Shown one piece after another: positions 45,296 to 47,393 of a stretch of 47,393 nt of DNA; positions within the stretch are counted from its first letter, which is position 1; each line of letters starts with the position of its first letter. The notes under the pieces were generated by a model. The model ran no database searches and was not told the origin of the DNA. It worked only from the letters and a program-made list of their open reading frames with translations. A program made the position numbers and the translations under genes. This stretch comes from Candidatus Kuenenbacteria bacterium (GTDB lineage: Bacteria > Patescibacteriota > Patescibacteriia > UBA2196 > GWA2-42-15): positions 1 to 47,393 of the forward strand of contig JAAZMX010000040.1 of NCBI GenBank assembly GCA_012798565.1. The letters are read 5' to 3'.

Positions 45296-46774
45296 TTAGA
45301 TTTTCCCCCACAAACTGATTGTGCCCGTCTCCTCTATTTTTTTGTAAGAGGACAAAAGTGTTTCCAATCTCTCGTATCCTCGATCATAATATTTTCCCGC
45401 CCAAGCAGAAGTTTTTAAAATATCGTCATAGTATTGATAATCTTTCTCGTCGATGATCACATACTTCGTTTCGTTTTTCGCTCCGTATTCAGCTTGAGCG
45501 AATTGTTGCACCCCCAAGAAATAGTAATGTAGAGCATAAATTTCCCCTCGGCTGGATAGATTTGGCAATAATCTAAAGCTAGCCACTACCCCAGCCCCCG
45601 GCTCTATTTTTTGAATCATTGTTCGCTTCGCCGCCTCCTGGCCGGTGATTTTATTTTTCATTCCCCAAGGTCCAAAGCTCGGCCACAAAGCCAGATTAAA
45701 AATTATGATAATTAAAAATAAAAGTTTGCCGTCCCGGAAATATCGTGTCGCCCACTGATTGGCCCCCTGAAAACCATAAACAAAAGCGAGCACTAGCCCC
45801 GGCAAAAAAAGCGCCGCGTAATGCAATTGCCAAACCAAAGCTCCGCCCCCAGCCGCGGAAAAAATGATTTGTGCCAACGGTATAACAGTTAAAATCAACC
45901 ATTTGGGTTTAAGCGCCGGCAAAAAGAAAAACGGCGCCAGAAAACCGAGTACCATCTCCAGATTTGTCAGAGTGACAAGATGTGCCAATATTTGTCCGAC
46001 ACTAGCCTTAGTTAACCAGCCATAGTAATAAGCAAAAGGCGAAAAATTACTGGGCGAAAAGTGGCTGATAATTTGAAAGGAAACCACCAAATACACAATC
46101 GTCACCAGCAATCCCCAGCTCGCAACTTGTAAAAGCTTTTTATTTTTATTTTTTAAAGCATCAGCGAGGATGATTGTTAGAAAAGTTAATATAATAAAAG
46201 CCACGTCTTCGCGAACGATTAAACATAAAAATACAAGAATATAAAAAGATAAAAATAATTTTTTTGCAGGCTGATCTTTGAGTTTTAAATAATTATAAAA
46301 TAACGAGAAAAATAACAGCGGCAAAAAAGCAATGGCGTGAAATTCATAAAGGTTGATATTGTGTACCAGGGGATTAACGAGCCACAAAAGAGCTAAACCA
46401 AGAGTCAACAAATTTTTACCAAGAATTTTTTGGTTTATTTTGTAAATCGGCCAGGCCGCCAGCCCCAAAGCCAGCGTTTGTAAAATTAAAAGCAGTATCG
46501 GTGATTGCCAAAGATAATAAATCGGCAGGAGTAAAATTAATATTGGTTCAAAATGATCCCCCCAATAATTATGTCCTTGGATTGAGGACCAAAACCAGTT
46601 GCCGTGCGCCGTATTCCAGAGTGCATTATTATAAATCGCCAAATCCAGTCCGTCATACAGAAAATTATGGTATTTCCAAACACACGCTCCAGTCATAACC
46701 AAAACATACAGGCCGATCATCCCAGCCAGCACTTTACCGCTATTTTTTGTGAGCCAAATTTGTAATTTATTCAT
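45296..46774 (-). CDS. DUF2079-like membrane protein (GT-C-like)
   Basis: DLAIY.N..WNT.HG, GDHFEP, EFH, REDV, HY.A. Confidence 0.85.
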   Translation of the reverse strand: MNKLQIWLTKNSGKVLAGMIGLYVLVMTGACVWKYHNFLYDGLDLAIYNNALWNTAHGNWFWSSIQGHNYWGDHFEPILILLLPIYYLWQSPILLLILQTLALGLAAWPIYKINQKILGKNLLTLGLALLWLVNPLVHNINLYEFHAIAFLPLLFFSLFYNYLKLKDQPAKKLFLSFYILVFLCLIVREDVAFIILTFLTIILADALKNKNKKLLQVASWGLLVTIVYLVVSFQIISHFSPSNFSPFAYYYGWLTKASVGQILAHLVTLTNLEMVLGFLAPFFFLPALKPKWLILTVIPLAQIIFSAAGGGALVWQLHYAALFLPGLVLAFVYGFQGANQWATRYFRDGKLLFLIIIIFNLALWPSFGPWGMKNKITGQEAAKRTMIQKIEPGAGVVASFRLLPNLSSRGEIYALHYYFLGVQQFAQAEYGAKNETKYVIIDEKDYQYYDDILKTSAWAGKYYDRGYERLETLLSSYKKIEETGTISLWGKI

Positions 46775-46780
46775 AACATC

Positions 46781-46809
46781 ATTATAGCCGTCAGCTAGTT
46801 TCTTGGCAA
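46781..46809 (-). promoter_or_regulatory. promoter giving probable leaderless mRNA
   Basis: TTGCCA-N17-TATAAT, 6 nt before ATG 46774. Confidence 0.65.
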
Positions 46810-46863
46810 AAGAAAAGGGCAGACCGACAATCAGTCGAGCCGCCCTTTAATCGCAGTGCGGGG

Positions 46864-47181
46864 TTAGCGCTTGGTCATGGCCATCTGGCTACACGAACTG
46901 CAGGTTTTTAAACCCACACCCCAGGCATGGTTCCAAGCATAACACTTGGTACAACGCCAGTAGTCATTAGCGTCAATTTTGACTTGGGGTATCATTGGTT
47001 TCTCCGGTTTCCGTGCCGGCAAGGCCCCCAAATTCTTTCGCGTCTGCCGATTCTCCATATCCAGCCGATATCGGCGTGCCGCTGCGGCTGCAATGACGAT
47101 TCCAGGTTTGCCGTTGACAAGAACCCGAAACCGATGGCCGGATATCGGCCGAAACGTGACTGCTCTTTTTGTCTTTTTCAT
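46864..47181 (-). CDS. basic orphan protein with C-terminal zinc ribbon
   Basis: WRCTKC...CSSC; SD AAGGAG. Confidence 0.6.
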   Translation of the reverse strand: MKKTKRAVTFRPISGHRFRVLVNGKPGIVIAAAAARRYRLDMENRQTRKNLGALPARKPEKPMIPQVKIDANDYWRCTKCYAWNHAWGVGLKTCSSCSQMAMTKR

Positions 47182-47393
47182 GGAGTGCTCCTTTTTGAGT
47201 CTGGGTTTCTGTTTGTTTCTAAATTACATCACCTATTTCCAAAAATCAAGCCCATGTACTAGACGGGTACATAGGTAACACATGGTGATATCTAAAGCTA
47301 AAGTTAATCGGTGGCAGATAATCTAAAGTTTGGTGTGGTCGTTCAAAATTGTAATGAATTAACCATTCTGTTAATTTTTGGTTAAATAGATTA

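Overview
About 47 kb of a compact, AT-rich bacterial chromosome. Gene content and style suggest Patescibacteria/CPR (Parcubacteria-like); this is inference, not a marker-gene placement. Housekeeping genes include khpA, trmD, ndk, queH, pth, der, lepB, hisS, mtaB, rlmE, tRNA-Val(CAC) and tRNA-Cys(GCA). Envelope genes include an LCP protein, a CapA-family protein, a MurL epimerase near a MurD(2) ligase, a FemABX protein, sugar-phosphate enzymes and a 10 kb polyprenol-phosphate/GT-C glycosylation cluster. The most unusual layer is a dense set of small palindromic elements, several paired with a small gene. (1) Two four-helix-bundle genes are each bracketed by degenerate 7-mer-periodic inverted repeats, and at least five gene-less 7-mer-periodic palindromes occur elsewhere, plus one 7-mer array in frame in femX. 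(2) A small GIY-YIG nuclease sits among one intact tRNA-Val and several tRNA-mimic fragments, two with the anticodon arm swapped for a palindrome. (3) A RAYT has REPs on both flanks and inside its own CDS. (4) A REP/RPE-like palindrome lies in frame in murD. In addition, the orphan genes (two resembling outer-membrane proteins) carry strong Shine-Dalgarno motifs, whereas core genes have none and several look leaderless.
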